Positions 19,151-28,159 of a DNA stretch of 64,000 bases are shown piece after piece. The first letter of the stretch is position 1. Each line of letters starts with the position of its first letter. The translations under genes and the position numbers were made by a program. Location of the stretch: positions 148,541-212,540 of the forward strand of contig DHFW01000049.1 in assembly GCA_002402465.1 (NCBI GenBank). Reading direction: 5' to 3'. The DNA is from Bacteroidales bacterium UBA4814. Its GTDB lineage: Bacteria > Bacteroidota > Bacteroidia > Bacteroidales > UBA7960. Below the pieces are notes generated by a model. That model searched no databases, was not told the DNA's origin, and saw only the letters and a program-made list of their open reading frames with translations.

Positions 19151-20113
19151 ATGAGTGTCCAAACTTTGATGCTGCAATTTGACGCGGCCGTTGCTGAAGC
19201 CCGGGCCAGGCAAAACGAAGTGAGGCTCGAGGTGATGAACAGCTTTGGCGATCCTGCATTATTTCGCGAGTCTCTGAATCTCGGAATGATCAACCGGCAG
19301 GGCCACCCTGACTTTCCTAAATTGTATGATTTTTACGCCTCATTTTTTACCTTACCCGACGAGACTGAAACTTTTGAAGGCTTTGAGGCAACCCTTGCGT
19401 TAAACACTGATCCTTTGTTTATTGAGCGATATGGGCCACATGAAGAAACATGGCTTTACCTTCGTGAACCAGAGCAGGGACAGATCATTGCTGGCGTTGA
19501 CTTCAGCACCTATTTGCTTTCGGAGAATCTTCAGAAAGCATATGGATTCAGCGGCACCAACCATATCATTTACATTTTTGTAAAGCCCGAATACCGCAGC
19601 CTGGGTATCGCAACATACCTGCTTGGGCTAACCGAGGATTATGCCCGGAAGTTTTGCGGAGGCGGTGAGGTGTTGTTTTTCTGTGAGCAAAACGCACCCG
19701 AACTTATGACCGCCGAAGAATATTTTTCTGACAACCTGAATGCGCTAATCGATCAGTGTGAAAGGCTGAAATGGTGGGACCGGCTTGGTTACAAGCGACT
19801 GAACTTTAATTATGTGCAGCCGCCTCTAAACCCCGGTATGGAGCCATGTATAAACCTCACTTTCAATGTTAGGGCAGGAAAGCTTAACCCCATTCCATCA
19901 GCATTGGTAAAAGCCCACCTCGAAAGATTTTTTGTGATAGCCGTTTTCAAAGGCAGGGAGGCTGCCGGTGATCCAGATTTTGAGCGGCAGATTTCATGGC
20001 TCGATGACCATGATCAGGTTCAGTTAAGTGGAAGCGAAGCGGATTACCAATTGCTACGCCAAAAAATCTGGAAGGACCCGGAAAATTGGCGGCCTCAGAA
20101 ATATCTGTTCTGA
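19151..20113 (+). CDS. GNAT-family acyltransferase with N- and C-terminal extensions, function unknown
   Basis: Acetyl-CoA motif A VKPEYRSLGIATYLL (RxxGxA) in a beta-alpha GNAT-like context. The ATG at 19151 is preferred over the track start at 19124. Confidence 0.6.
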   Translation: MSVQTLMLQFDAAVAEARARQNEVRLEVMNSFGDPALFRESLNLGMINRQGHPDFPKLYDFYASFFTLPDETETFEGFEATLALNTDPLFIERYGPHEETWLYLREPEQGQIIAGVDFSTYLLSENLQKAYGFSGTNHIIYIFVKPEYRSLGIATYLLGLTEDYARKFCGGGEVLFFCEQNAPELMTAEEYFSDNLNALIDQCERLKWWDRLGYKRLNFNYVQPPLNPGMEPCINLTFNVRAGKLNPIPSALVKAHLERFFVIAVFKGREAAGDPDFERQISWLDDHDQVQLSGSEADYQLLRQKIWKDPENWRPQKYLF

Positions 20114-20123
20114 TTTTTCTTGC

Positions 20124-22118
20124 CTAAACCCCTGTATCGGAAGCCAGCCGCTCGTATTCGCTAATTGCTTTTTCAACTTCCGTTTTTGGCAAACTTGCCG
20201 GAGTTTCGTCGGTAAGCATATGGATAGCCCAACCATGATGATTGAGCCTTGTGTTTTCGGGCAGGTGCATGAATCCGTTGTTTGCCCAAAACCTGAATTT
20301 TCTGAGTGTTTGCTGATCGCTTTCGTGTGGTACCCTTGCCAGCAGGAACTGAAGACCCCGCCCGTTCTTTTGGAGGGCATCCTGCCTGAGCATTTGCAGC
20401 GAATGGTTTATGAGGCGCTTACCCGTACCATTGTTCCGGAAGTTTTGCCCCACGGCTATACTGTCTATCACCCCGCAACGCGATTCGGGCATATATAATG
20501 AGGTTGCTCCACCAATCACCTCCCCCTCAGCACTCATTGCCAAAGAAACGTGGAAATTGCATTCTTCCGGTTTCCTTCGCATAAGCGCAAACATGCGGTC
20601 GAGCGAAAGGGCCGAAGGCAGGTTTTCGAACTCCGAAAGATAGGTGTCGGCATAGAAATTACAAAGGTGACGAATGCCTTCTTTATTGCCAGCCTGCACT
20701 CCCACCACTTCAACTTCTGATTCCTGGCTTACAAAGTAATTGTCAAAAGTGTCGAGAATTTCACTAATAGAAAATGGCGTTTCAGTTGACAGATTGGTGC
20801 TGAACCAGCCATTGGGGTTTTCCTTTCTGATTTCTTGAAGGCGTTTCAGGAAAAGACTTTCAATATAAGTATTCATCGAAAGACAAAGCTGGTATTTTCT
20901 TACTTTATAGTCTTTGTGGGAGGCAATGTATTGAAAATGGCCAATGCATTTCTCCACCAGGGTATTTGCCAGAAAATGATAATTGGTGGTGTCGGCCAGG
21001 TTGGCGTGTTCAAAAAAGGTGACGCTTTTTCTTGGGGTGAACCCTGGATTGGTTTGGTCAACCAAGGCAAACATGATCCACAGGTAAGCAGAGAAAAAAT
21101 AATTGTCGGCTTTCAGGCTATGCTTCACTTCATAATACTCCAGTTCCATAAGAAATGAAACGCCCAGCGATTCGGCCGAGAGTCTTTTCAGGAATGGCAT
21201 GGCGCGCAAGTCCATCTCATCGCGCTTGTAGTTGTAATACTCTGAGGTGTCGACCAGGCGGCCGCGTATCATGCAATTATAACCGAATTTCTTTCCCTGG
21301 GTTTCATCGCCTTCATGACAAATCATTTCCCAGAGGCTGTTTCCAACCTGGTCATTTTTCAACACAATATTCACTGAGTTCGACTCATCGCCAAACCCAT
21401 ATTGTATCAGCTTGTTTTTTTGCGGAGCGTATTTGATCTGGTAGCTGGGTCCCCACATTAGCCAGTTGTAGGTGAAATAAAGTTCCTCGGGCAGAATGGC
21501 CGTTTCAGGTGGCTGTTCATCGCCAAAAGCAGTGAAATAGTTGCCGAGGATCTTCTCCCAGTCCTCATCATAGCGGTCGTTCAGACCAGTAATAAAGGTT
21601 ATGGGCACAATAAAGCCTTCGTTTATCTCTGTTTGAATAATGAAGGAAACCGGCTCATCGGCCGGTATGGCAAACTTGTCGCTGGCCTTGTTTTGCTTGA
21701 AAAAATCGAAATACGCTTTTACCAGTTCGTTAAATTCGGCGGAAGCCACATCGAAGCACGTATCAATTTTTGCAACGTAAGGTCCTGAATCGCCCTGATC
21801 ATCCAAAAAACGCTTGAAAGTGCGGCGAAACTTTCGCCACCATTGCCGGTTTTGGTGCTGCCCGCCCGTATGGAAAATGGCCAGTTCAATATATACCCGT
21901 ATGAGTTTGCGGGGGCTGTTGTAGCAAATCCATAACACGCTAATAACTTCGGTAAATCTCAACCCAAGAGGACCCAGGAGCCATCGCAGCGGCCTTATAT
22001 AAGGAATGGTAAAAAAAATCAGCCCGGCAGCAATGGCAAAAACCAGAAGCAAGAACTGAATGTAATTGTTTACATAGTCGATGAGATCTCCCAAGCGGGT
22101 CAGAAAATCGGTTAGCAT
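20124..22118 (-). CDS. 664-aa membrane-anchored protein: N-terminal TM segment(s), a roughly 430-aa unrecognised domain and a C-terminal GNAT domain
   Basis: Hydrophobic YIQFLLLVFAIAAGLIFFTIPYI near the N-terminus. No recognisable motif in residues about 70-480. The C-terminus has GNAT motif A VGQNFRNNGTGKRLI (RxxGxG). Confidence 0.6.
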   Translation of the reverse strand: MLTDFLTRLGDLIDYVNNYIQFLLLVFAIAAGLIFFTIPYIRPLRWLLGPLGLRFTEVISVLWICYNSPRKLIRVYIELAIFHTGGQHQNRQWWRKFRRTFKRFLDDQGDSGPYVAKIDTCFDVASAEFNELVKAYFDFFKQNKASDKFAIPADEPVSFIIQTEINEGFIVPITFITGLNDRYDEDWEKILGNYFTAFGDEQPPETAILPEELYFTYNWLMWGPSYQIKYAPQKNKLIQYGFGDESNSVNIVLKNDQVGNSLWEMICHEGDETQGKKFGYNCMIRGRLVDTSEYYNYKRDEMDLRAMPFLKRLSAESLGVSFLMELEYYEVKHSLKADNYFFSAYLWIMFALVDQTNPGFTPRKSVTFFEHANLADTTNYHFLANTLVEKCIGHFQYIASHKDYKVRKYQLCLSMNTYIESLFLKRLQEIRKENPNGWFSTNLSTETPFSISEILDTFDNYFVSQESEVEVVGVQAGNKEGIRHLCNFYADTYLSEFENLPSALSLDRMFALMRRKPEECNFHVSLAMSAEGEVIGGATSLYMPESRCGVIDSIAVGQNFRNNGTGKRLINHSLQMLRQDALQKNGRGLQFLLARVPHESDQQTLRKFRFWANNGFMHLPENTRLNHHGWAIHMLTDETPASLPKTEVEKAISEYERLASDTGV

Positions 22119-22292
22119 AATGGCGGGCTGGTTTGGTTATCCTGAAAAAGAATTATTACGGCTCCGAAATTACGATTTTTATTATGTTGGATAACCGTAT
22201 TATTACGTATTTAGAACCGGTATTTTAATAAGTCGAAGTAAATTACCCGAAAATTTTCTGACTTTGGTTCTCAATTCGTTCAGCGATATTAT

Positions 22293-22541
22293 TTAATTTT
22301 CGATTTTCCCGGGTTTTTTCGGATCAGGCTGGAACTCAGTGGTGAAAATATCCTCAAAGGGCACTTTGAAAACACGTGCAATACGAAAAGCGAGTTCAAG
22401 AGTGGGGAAATATTTACCGTTCTCAATGGCAACAATAGTTTGTCGTGAAACGCCTGTTTTATCGGCAAGTTCCTGTTGGGTCATTTCATTGGCCATGAAG
22501 CGCAAAGTGCGAATATTATTGTTTATCACTATCTTATCCAT
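22293..22541 (-). CDS. XRE-family helix-turn-helix transcriptional regulator (82 aa)
   Basis: MTQQELADKTGVSRQTIVAIENGKYFPTLELAFRIARVFKVPFEDIF is a canonical HTH_3. Confidence 0.85.
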   Translation of the reverse strand: MDKIVINNNIRTLRFMANEMTQQELADKTGVSRQTIVAIENGKYFPTLELAFRIARVFKVPFEDIFTTEFQPDPKKPGKIEN

Positions 22542-22543
22542 AA

Positions 22544-22873
22544 TTAAATTCCTTTCCGGTAATAATTTAGCCCATCCACAATGTCAGAAAGGATGGCCAA
22601 CTGTGTGCTTGGGTTTATGCTTATATCCAGGTAAATATCGCGCTGGCCGGTATTTATGCCATAGGGAATGGTTGGAAACACCATCACCTTAGCTCCCTTA
22701 TTCCAGGCGATTCTGGCGGCTTCTGCCGAAATAAAGTCCGACTCAATGTTATCGGTTGAATAGGGGAGGTGATAATTATGCGCCTCGGTGGCTCCCCATG
22801 GCAAAATTGCCAGTTCAATTTTCTCCTCTTTCAGGGCATCCCAGTTTTTCTCGGCCAGAATATATGGTCTCAT
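22544..22873 (-). pseudogene. Creatininase-family (creatinine amidohydrolase-like) gene truncated after about 109 aa
   Basis: ILPWGATEAHNYHLPYSTD...FPTIPYGINTG...ISINPSTQLAILSDIVDGL matches the N-terminal 40 percent of the family. It ends just before the expected NGHGGN block, and its stop codon is 2 nt from the XRE ATG. Confidence 0.65.
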
Positions 22874-22893
22874 AAAGTTCTGCTGTTTAATTG

Positions 22894-22901
22894 CAAAACT
22901 A
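22894..22901 (-). promoter_or_regulatory. -7 box TAGTTTTG driving the creatininase remnant and XRE transcript
   Basis: Perfect TAnnTTTG on the minus strand, 20 nt upstream of the ATG at 22873. Confidence 0.45.
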
Positions 22902-22935
22902 CCACTATTCAGGCAGATTTTTTATTTAGCGCGAC

Positions 22936-23172
22936 TCAAACCTTCAGCGCCCCATAGCCCCCATCCACGTGAAGCACCTCGGGAAGAAAGCTGCTAAGAT
23001 CGATTTGCAGATCAAGGATGTCCGCTTTAAGATGTTTTGCGCCTTCGGGCAAATCCGGAGCCTCGCTGCGCGAAACGATAAATAATTGAGGGCCTTCCTT
23101 TGAGAGGGTTTCGGACAGAACAGCGCCAATGCCTGAGGTGCCGCCAATAATGAGGTAGTTCCTGGGTTTCAT
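22936..23172 (-). pseudogene. Short-chain dehydrogenase/reductase remnant with a large internal in-frame deletion
   Basis: MKPRNYLIIGGTSGIGAVLSETLSKEG...FIVSR (Rossmann TGxxxGxG start) is joined after about 65 aa directly to VLHVDGGYGALKV, the typical SDR C-terminus. That leaves 78 aa instead of about 240, with the catalytic YxxxK region missing. Confidence 0.6.
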
Positions 23173-23239
23173 TTTGGTTTTTTTAATCAACAACTTTCAA
23201 ATAATTTGTTCCTGAAAAAGCTCGATAATCTGTAAAATA

Positions 23240-23295
23240 TGTAAGACTTATCCAACAAGGTGTAACATATTTTCTTTTTCGGGGTATTAATTTTA
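23240..23295 (+). promoter_or_regulatory. Stress-type promoter S1: TGTAAG-N15-TGTAAC-N21-TAATTTTA
   Basis: Hexamers at 23240-23245 and 23261-23266, with the -7-like box at 23288-23295. The geometry matches S2, S3, S5 and S6. An extra TGTAAA lies at 23231. Confidence 0.55.
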
Positions 23296-23356
23296 CTATG
23301 TGGAAGTTACTTCACAACTGAGCTCGCCAGCTGCGGGCACCAAAACCCATACAAAC

Positions 23357-23692
23357 ATGAAAAAGTTGGTATTCTACATGGCAACAGCCATGCTGTTGAT
23401 TTTTCTGATTCCAACCCAGGTAAAAGCAGGTCCGGTAGATGATCCGGTTACTGCAGTTGCTATTGAAACGGTTGATACTGATGCAGCCCTTGCGGCAGAA
23501 TCAGAAGCATTACTTGCCCGGCTCGAAGAAATAAACGAGATGGACAAAACAGACCTGACCAGGGCTGAAAAGAGAGACCTTCGCAAGGAAGTCCGCCAGA
23601 TTGACAAAACCCTGACCTTAAGTGGCGGAGGTGTTTATCTTTCGGTTGGCGCCATAATTGTTGTAATCCTGCTACTCATCCTTTTGCTGTAA
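23357..23692 (+). CDS. Small secreted/anchored protein (signal peptide, acidic coiled region, C-terminal TM)
   Basis: MKKLVFYMATAMLLIFLIPTQVKA signal and C-terminal GGGVYLSVGAIIVVILLLILLL. First gene downstream of S1. Confidence 0.55.
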   Translation: MKKLVFYMATAMLLIFLIPTQVKAGPVDDPVTAVAIETVDTDAALAAESEALLARLEEINEMDKTDLTRAEKRDLRKEVRQIDKTLTLSGGGVYLSVGAIIVVILLLILLL

Positions 23693-23698
23693 TACATT

Positions 23699-23908
23699 AT
23701 GAAAAAGATCGGCTTGATTGTTTTGGTCATCGGCCTTGTAATCACTCTTTTCACAGGGTTTAAATACATTACCCGCGAAAAGGTGGTCGACATTGGCGAG
23801 ATTCAGATCTCACGCGATAAAACGAACAGGGTTTCCTGGTCGCCACTTATAGGTGTGGCAGTAATGGTTGTTGGCGGTGGCATTCTTTTGTTCGGCCCCA
23901 AAAAGTAA
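23699..23908 (+). CDS. Two-TM small membrane protein (69 aa)
   Basis: Two hydrophobic helices flank a short charged loop. Tightly spaced, 6 nt after the previous gene. Confidence 0.55.
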   Translation: MKKIGLIVLVIGLVITLFTGFKYITREKVVDIGEIQISRDKTNRVSWSPLIGVAVMVVGGGILLFGPKK

Positions 23909-23984
23909 ACCCTGAAAAAGGATTTACAAACATTTTGATACCTCTCTGAGAGGTATTTAACATTAATTTTTAAAAACAAGCATC

Positions 23985-24140
23985 ATGGGAAATTTACTCT
24001 ACATCATCGCAGTGATATTGATCATTGCCTGGGCCGTCGGATTTGTTGGCTTTCAGGCTGGTGGCATTATTCACCTTCTGCTTGTAATTGCTATAATAGC
24101 AATAATTGTTAAGGTAATCCAGGGCAGAAAGATTTTATAA
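23985..24140 (+). CDS. lmo0937-family small membrane protein (51 aa), copy 1
   Basis: Not in the ORF track (under 60 aa). Own translation: MGNLLYIIAVILIIAWAVGFVGFQAGGIIHLLLVIAIIAIIVKVIQGRKIL, the typical lmo0937-family pattern. Confidence 0.7.
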   Translation: MGNLLYIIAVILIIAWAVGFVGFQAGGIIHLLLVIAIIAIIVKVIQGRKIL

Positions 24141-24176
24141 GAAATCAAGAATTATTAACCTTTAAAACTAAATAAA

Positions 24177-24425
24177 ATGAGTGCAGGAAAAGTATTGTTA
24201 GGTGTATTGGCCGGCGTTTCAGCCGGGGCTTTGTTGGGAATTTTATTTGCTCCTGACAAGGGCAAAGTTACCAGGGAAAAAATTTCTCATAAGGGTGAGG
24301 AATATGCCGGATCTATGAAGAAAAAGTTCAAAGAGACGCGCGATAATATTGCCGAGAAATATGACAAGGTAAAAGAAGAGGTAACTGACTATGCCGAAAA
24401 GCATAAAACCAGAGCTAACTTATAA
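24177..24425 (+). CDS. YtxH-domain general-stress-type protein
   Basis: MSAGKVLLGVLAGVSAGALLGILFAPDKGKVTREKI... followed by a Lys/Glu-rich helix. Confidence 0.8.
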   Translation: MSAGKVLLGVLAGVSAGALLGILFAPDKGKVTREKISHKGEEYAGSMKKKFKETRDNIAEKYDKVKEEVTDYAEKHKTRANL

Positions 24426-24448
24426 ACAGTCTTATAAGAATTAATGGC

Positions 24449-24790
24449 ATGGAAGAAAGTGCAAAACTGATAGAGTCGCTTTACGAAAAAGTAGTGGATT
24501 ATGGTGTTACCAGTTTTGAATTGATAAAGTTTAAAGCCCTGGATAAGACATCAGATGTTGCCTCCTCTTTTTTGCCCCATGCTATTGTTCTTTTGGTATT
24601 TGCAACATTTTTACTGTTGCTGAATTTTGGACTGGCTTTGTGGATTGGCGAAATGCTTGGAAAATTATTTCTTGGGTTTTTTATAGTGGCCGGCTTTTAT
24701 GGTTTAGTTGCATTGGTATTGCACTTTTTTTTGCATAAGCAGTTGAAAAAGCATTTCCAGGACTACATCGTTAAATTGATGTTTAAATAA
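24449..24790 (+). CDS. Holin-X (phage_holin_3_6)-like membrane protein, stress-cluster type
   Basis: An amphipathic N-helix plus two TM helices. This is the usual partner of YtxH genes in Bacteroidota. Confidence 0.6.
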   Translation: MEESAKLIESLYEKVVDYGVTSFELIKFKALDKTSDVASSFLPHAIVLLVFATFLLLLNFGLALWIGEMLGKLFLGFFIVAGFYGLVALVLHFFLHKQLKKHFQDYIVKLMFK

Positions 24791-24797
24791 GATTATT

Positions 24798-25196
24798 ATG
24801 GGAAACATAACCTCTGCTGCCGACATAAAAAATGCCATTCGTTTTTTGGAAACCGATCAGGAAGTAAAGGGGCAAGTTTTAAGGGCACAGTTTAACAATA
24901 CTCTTGAAAGCTTTAAGCCCGTAAATATGCTAAAAAGCGCTGTTCGGGAAATATCGTCTTCGCCATTTCTGCTGACAAATATTGCAGGAGCTGCTGTGGG
25001 TTTAGCCACCGGTTATTTCTCGAAAAGAGTGGTTTTTGGCGCTTCAAAAAATATTCTGAAAAGGAGTTTGGGCATTGCCTTGCAATTTGGGATAACAAAC
25101 TTAATAGCCAGGCATCCTGATGATATAATGTCCTTTGGCCAGGGTTTAATTGAACGTCTTTTTTACCAAAAAAAGGCAGCCGCTGAAAAGATCTGA
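24798..25196 (+). CDS. Hypothetical protein (132 aa), last gene of the S1 cluster
   Basis: ORF with good coding appearance and one central hydrophobic segment. Followed by a terminator. Confidence 0.55.
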   Translation: MGNITSAADIKNAIRFLETDQEVKGQVLRAQFNNTLESFKPVNMLKSAVREISSSPFLLTNIAGAAVGLATGYFSKRVVFGASKNILKRSLGIALQFGITNLIARHPDDIMSFGQGLIERLFYQKKAAAEKI

Positions 25197-25236
25197 CAAG
25201 GGCAGAACATACTGTCCTTGATTGTTCTGTGAAAAT

Positions 25237-25282
25237 AACCGGATGGCGCAGCTAAAAACTAAGCTGGCTTTCCGGTTTTTTT
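25237..25282 (+). terminator. Intrinsic terminator of the S1 small-protein cluster
   Basis: AACCGGA...CAGC-loop-GCTG...TCCGGTT composite hairpin followed by T7. Confidence 0.65.
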
Positions 25283-25375
25283 CAATACAGATAATATGCT
25301 GCCGGGATTAGCGGCCAGGCAGCAGTTAACAAACCACGGCATGAAAAAACCGATTTGGATAAATCTTGATATGTT

Positions 25376-26224
25376 ATGGTGAAGATCATTGGTCCGGTAT
25401 TACGAAAGATACCAAAGAATAGGGATGTAAAGAAGCAAGCCGAAAAGCTGGGCGAGAGAACATTTGAGCAAACCCGAATAGCAAATGTTTTCTTTTCAGA
25501 TATCGCTGATTTCTTTTTGTTTTTGTGGCGCACCACCCGCGAAGCTTTTTCGCGCGATTTTGAGTTTAAGGAATTCTTTCGACAGTGCTACCTTATCGGG
25601 TATAAAACCCTGCCGCTTATTTCGATAACTGGCCTGATCATTGGGTTGGTGCTGACCATACAATTGCGACCTGCCCTGGCCGATTTTGGCGCCGTTTCCA
25701 TGCTTCCCGGCATGGTGGCCTTGTCCATTATCAGGGAAATGGGCCCGGTTATTACCGCCCTCATTTGCGCAGGTAAGATTGGATCGGGTATGGGTGCCGA
25801 ACTGGGCTCAATGAGGGTTACCGAACAGATTGATGCCATGGAGGTATCATCGACCAACCCAATACGGTTTCTGGTTGTTACCAGGGTGTTGGCAGCCACT
25901 TTAATGATACCCATTTTGGTTTTGTATGCCGACGCCCTGGGCATCTTGGGAAGCTGGGCCGGCGCAAATATTAAAGGCGATGTAACTTTTGTATTGTTCT
26001 TCTCCCAGGCTTTCAGCGTCATCGATTTTCTTGATTTGTTTCCCGCGGTTATTAAAACCTTCTTTTTTGGCGCTGCCATTGGGTTTGTGGGTTGCTATAA
26101 AGGATATACTGCAGGACGTGGTACCGAAAGCGTGGGCAAAGCCGCCAATTCGGCTGTGGTTCTTTCTTCGCTGCTCGTAATTATTATCGACCTGGTTGCG
26201 GTGCAAATTACCGATATGCTCTAA
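25376..26224 (+). CDS. mlaE: MlaE-family ABC transporter permease
   Basis: MlaE/Ttg2B-type permease pattern: REMGPVITALICAGKIGSGMGAELGSMRVTEQIDAME. Confidence 0.85.
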   Translation: MVKIIGPVLRKIPKNRDVKKQAEKLGERTFEQTRIANVFFSDIADFFLFLWRTTREAFSRDFEFKEFFRQCYLIGYKTLPLISITGLIIGLVLTIQLRPALADFGAVSMLPGMVALSIIREMGPVITALICAGKIGSGMGAELGSMRVTEQIDAMEVSSTNPIRFLVVTRVLAATLMIPILVLYADALGILGSWAGANIKGDVTFVLFFSQAFSVIDFLDLFPAVIKTFFFGAAIGFVGCYKGYTAGRGTESVGKAANSAVVLSSLLVIIIDLVAVQITDML

Positions 26225-26234
26225 AACAGATAAA

Positions 26235-27014
26235 ATGAAGGAGATGGCTGAATCTGTACCCCTTGTTAAAGAATTTATTAAAACACCCAAAGAGGTGGTT
26301 GAAATAGAAAACCTAAGCATTGGTTTTGAAAACCTTAAGGTATTGGATGATTTTTCGCTCAAGCTATACAATGGCGAAAACCTGGTGGTGCTCGGAAAAT
26401 CAGGCTCGGGGAAATCCGTCTTGATAAAATGCATTGTGCGCTTGCTAATGCCCGACTCAGGAACCGTAAAAGTGCTTGGCGAAGATGTAAATGAAATGGG
26501 CAGGAAGGAGTTGGCCGAGGTGCGCAAAAAAATTGGTTTTCTTTTTCAGAGCGGTGCCCTGTATGATTCAATGACCATTAAAGAGAACCTTGAATTTCCC
26601 TTGAAAAGAGTCAGAAAGGATCTTTCCAGAAAAGAAATGAATGAAAAAGTGGAAGAAGCCCTTGAAAATGTGGGACTGGCAGACACTTTAGATAAAATGC
26701 CTTCACAGCTTTCGGGCGGAATGCGAAAGCGGGTTAGTTTAGCACGTACCGTTGTGGTTGATCCCTTGATCATGCTTTACGACGAACCAACCACAGGGCT
26801 CGACCCCCTTACCTCAGATGAAATCAGTGAGCTCATTAATAAAGTGCAAAAAAAATACAAAACCTCATCACTAATTATTACCCACGATATTGAATGCGCC
26901 CGCGCTACTGCCGACCGAATAATTATGTTGCAAAACGGTGCGGTTTATCTTGAAGGGAAACTTGTTGATTTTGAAAAGTCGGCGGATGTTTTTATCAAGT
27001 CTTTTTTCAGATAA
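26235..27014 (+). CDS. mlaF: MlaF-like ABC transporter ATP-binding protein
   Basis: Walker A GKSGSGKS, signature LSGGMRKRVSLAR and Walker B IMLYDEPTTGLD. The ATG at 26235 is preferred. Confidence 0.9.
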   Translation: MKEMAESVPLVKEFIKTPKEVVEIENLSIGFENLKVLDDFSLKLYNGENLVVLGKSGSGKSVLIKCIVRLLMPDSGTVKVLGEDVNEMGRKELAEVRKKIGFLFQSGALYDSMTIKENLEFPLKRVRKDLSRKEMNEKVEEALENVGLADTLDKMPSQLSGGMRKRVSLARTVVVDPLIMLYDEPTTGLDPLTSDEISELINKVQKKYKTSSLIITHDIECARATADRIIMLQNGAVYLEGKLVDFEKSADVFIKSFFR

Positions 27015-27050
27015 TGATTTAACCAGGAAATAATTTAACACAATATAATC

Positions 27051-28022
27051 ATGGATGCTAAAACTCAAAATTTTAAAGTCAAGCTTGGGATTTTTATTTT
27101 TATTGGCTTGATAATTTTTGTTATTGCCATTTTTTTCATAGGCAAGCAAAAGAACCTGTTTAGCCCGGTGTTTAAAGTAACAACCAGTTTTTATAACATT
27201 AGCGGCTTGCAGGTGGGAAACAATGTCAGGTTCTCTGGCATAAACGTGGGCATTGTTGATAACATTATGATTATAAATGACTCAACGGTGCAAGTCGACG
27301 TGCTAATAAGGAAAAACGTACAGGAATTCATTAAAGCGGATAGCCAGGCCAGTATAGGATCATCAGGCATTATTGGCGACCGTATTTTAACTATTACCCA
27401 GGGCAGCTTTGAATCACCCATAATCAGGGACGGACAAAACATTGAATCGAAAGAACCGGTTGAAACAGACGCCATTATGGCGAGTTTGAGTGCAACTGCC
27501 GGAAATGTTGAAATAATTACCCTGGAACTTGCTGAGATTATGGTAAATATAAATAGCGGACAAGGCGCCCTGGGCAGGTTAATTTCAGATTCAACCATCG
27601 CAGAAAATATCAGTCAGACCATTGGAAATTTCAAGAAAAGTTCGGCCGGGCTTGATGAAACCATTGAAACGACCAAAACAAACGTGTATGCATTCATGGA
27701 GAGCTTGCAGCAAACCGCATCAAAAACAGAAATTGCCTCGCATCAACTGGGTGAAATCATGGTGCGGATTAACAGCGGAGAGGGAACCATTGGCACTTTA
27801 ATACAGGATACTACAATGGCCGGCAACCTGAATCAGACAATGCTGAACCTGAAGAGAAGCTCCCAAGGGCTCGATGAAAATATGGAAGCCCTCAAGCATA
27901 ATTTCCTTTTCAGGGGGTATTTCAGAAGAAAAGCCAAGGAGGATGAAAAAGCCAGGCTTGACTCCTTATCGAGGGAAGCAACACGGATTACTACACCTTT
28001 TATCGACCCAACTAATCAATAA
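27051..28022 (+). CDS. mlaD: MlaD/MCE-domain protein with an extended helical C-terminus
   Basis: N-terminal TM, an MCE block (ISGLQVGNNVRFSGINVGIVDNI) and repeated GALGRLISDST / GTIGTLIQDTT segments. Confidence 0.85.
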   Translation: MDAKTQNFKVKLGIFIFIGLIIFVIAIFFIGKQKNLFSPVFKVTTSFYNISGLQVGNNVRFSGINVGIVDNIMIINDSTVQVDVLIRKNVQEFIKADSQASIGSSGIIGDRILTITQGSFESPIIRDGQNIESKEPVETDAIMASLSATAGNVEIITLELAEIMVNINSGQGALGRLISDSTIAENISQTIGNFKKSSAGLDETIETTKTNVYAFMESLQQTASKTEIASHQLGEIMVRINSGEGTIGTLIQDTTMAGNLNQTMLNLKRSSQGLDENMEALKHNFLFRGYFRRKAKEDEKARLDSLSREATRITTPFIDPTNQ

Positions 28023-28059
28023 AACAAGTCAGGTTTTTCATACAGCAATGTGTGAATTA

Positions 28060-28115
28060 TGTAATAAATTCTTGAATTTTCGTAACATTTTAAGCACGCC
28101 GGTGCTTTAACTTTG
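28060..28115 (+). promoter_or_regulatory. Stress-type promoter S2: TGTAAT-N15-CGTAAC-N21-TAACTTTG
   Basis: Hexamers at 28060 and 28081, with a perfect -7 box at 28108-28115, 44 nt before the ATG at 28160. Confidence 0.6.
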
Positions 28116-28159
28116 AAAAAACTATTTTCTCAAAACCCTAAACCTAAACCCAAATTATC

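Noticed and set aside
22155-22207. Three CGTAAT words upstream of the 664-aa gene as another member of the TGTAAY regulon.
   Set aside because: The spacings are 14 and 33 nt rather than 21, and no -7-like box follows at 21 nt. The resemblance is limited to GTAAT plus CTTTTTCAGG.
22141-23920. The exact 10-mer CCTGAAAAAG occurs three times (22141, 23211, 23911). Its complement CTTTTTCAGG occurs in promoter S6 (35955). These were considered as att-like direct repeats bounding the accessory patch.
   Set aside because: The positions do not bracket the XRE/GNAT cassette: two lie to its right and one lies inside. The word is A/T-rich and short. It may instead be part of promoter-spacer sequence, and there is not enough evidence for a recombination site.
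24449-24790. A holin-family protein as a sign of a prophage or lysis cassette.
   Set aside because: There is no endolysin, capsid, terminase, integrase or att-like repeat anywhere nearby. The gene sits between YtxH and other stress-type small proteins, which is the usual non-phage context for this holin-X-like family.
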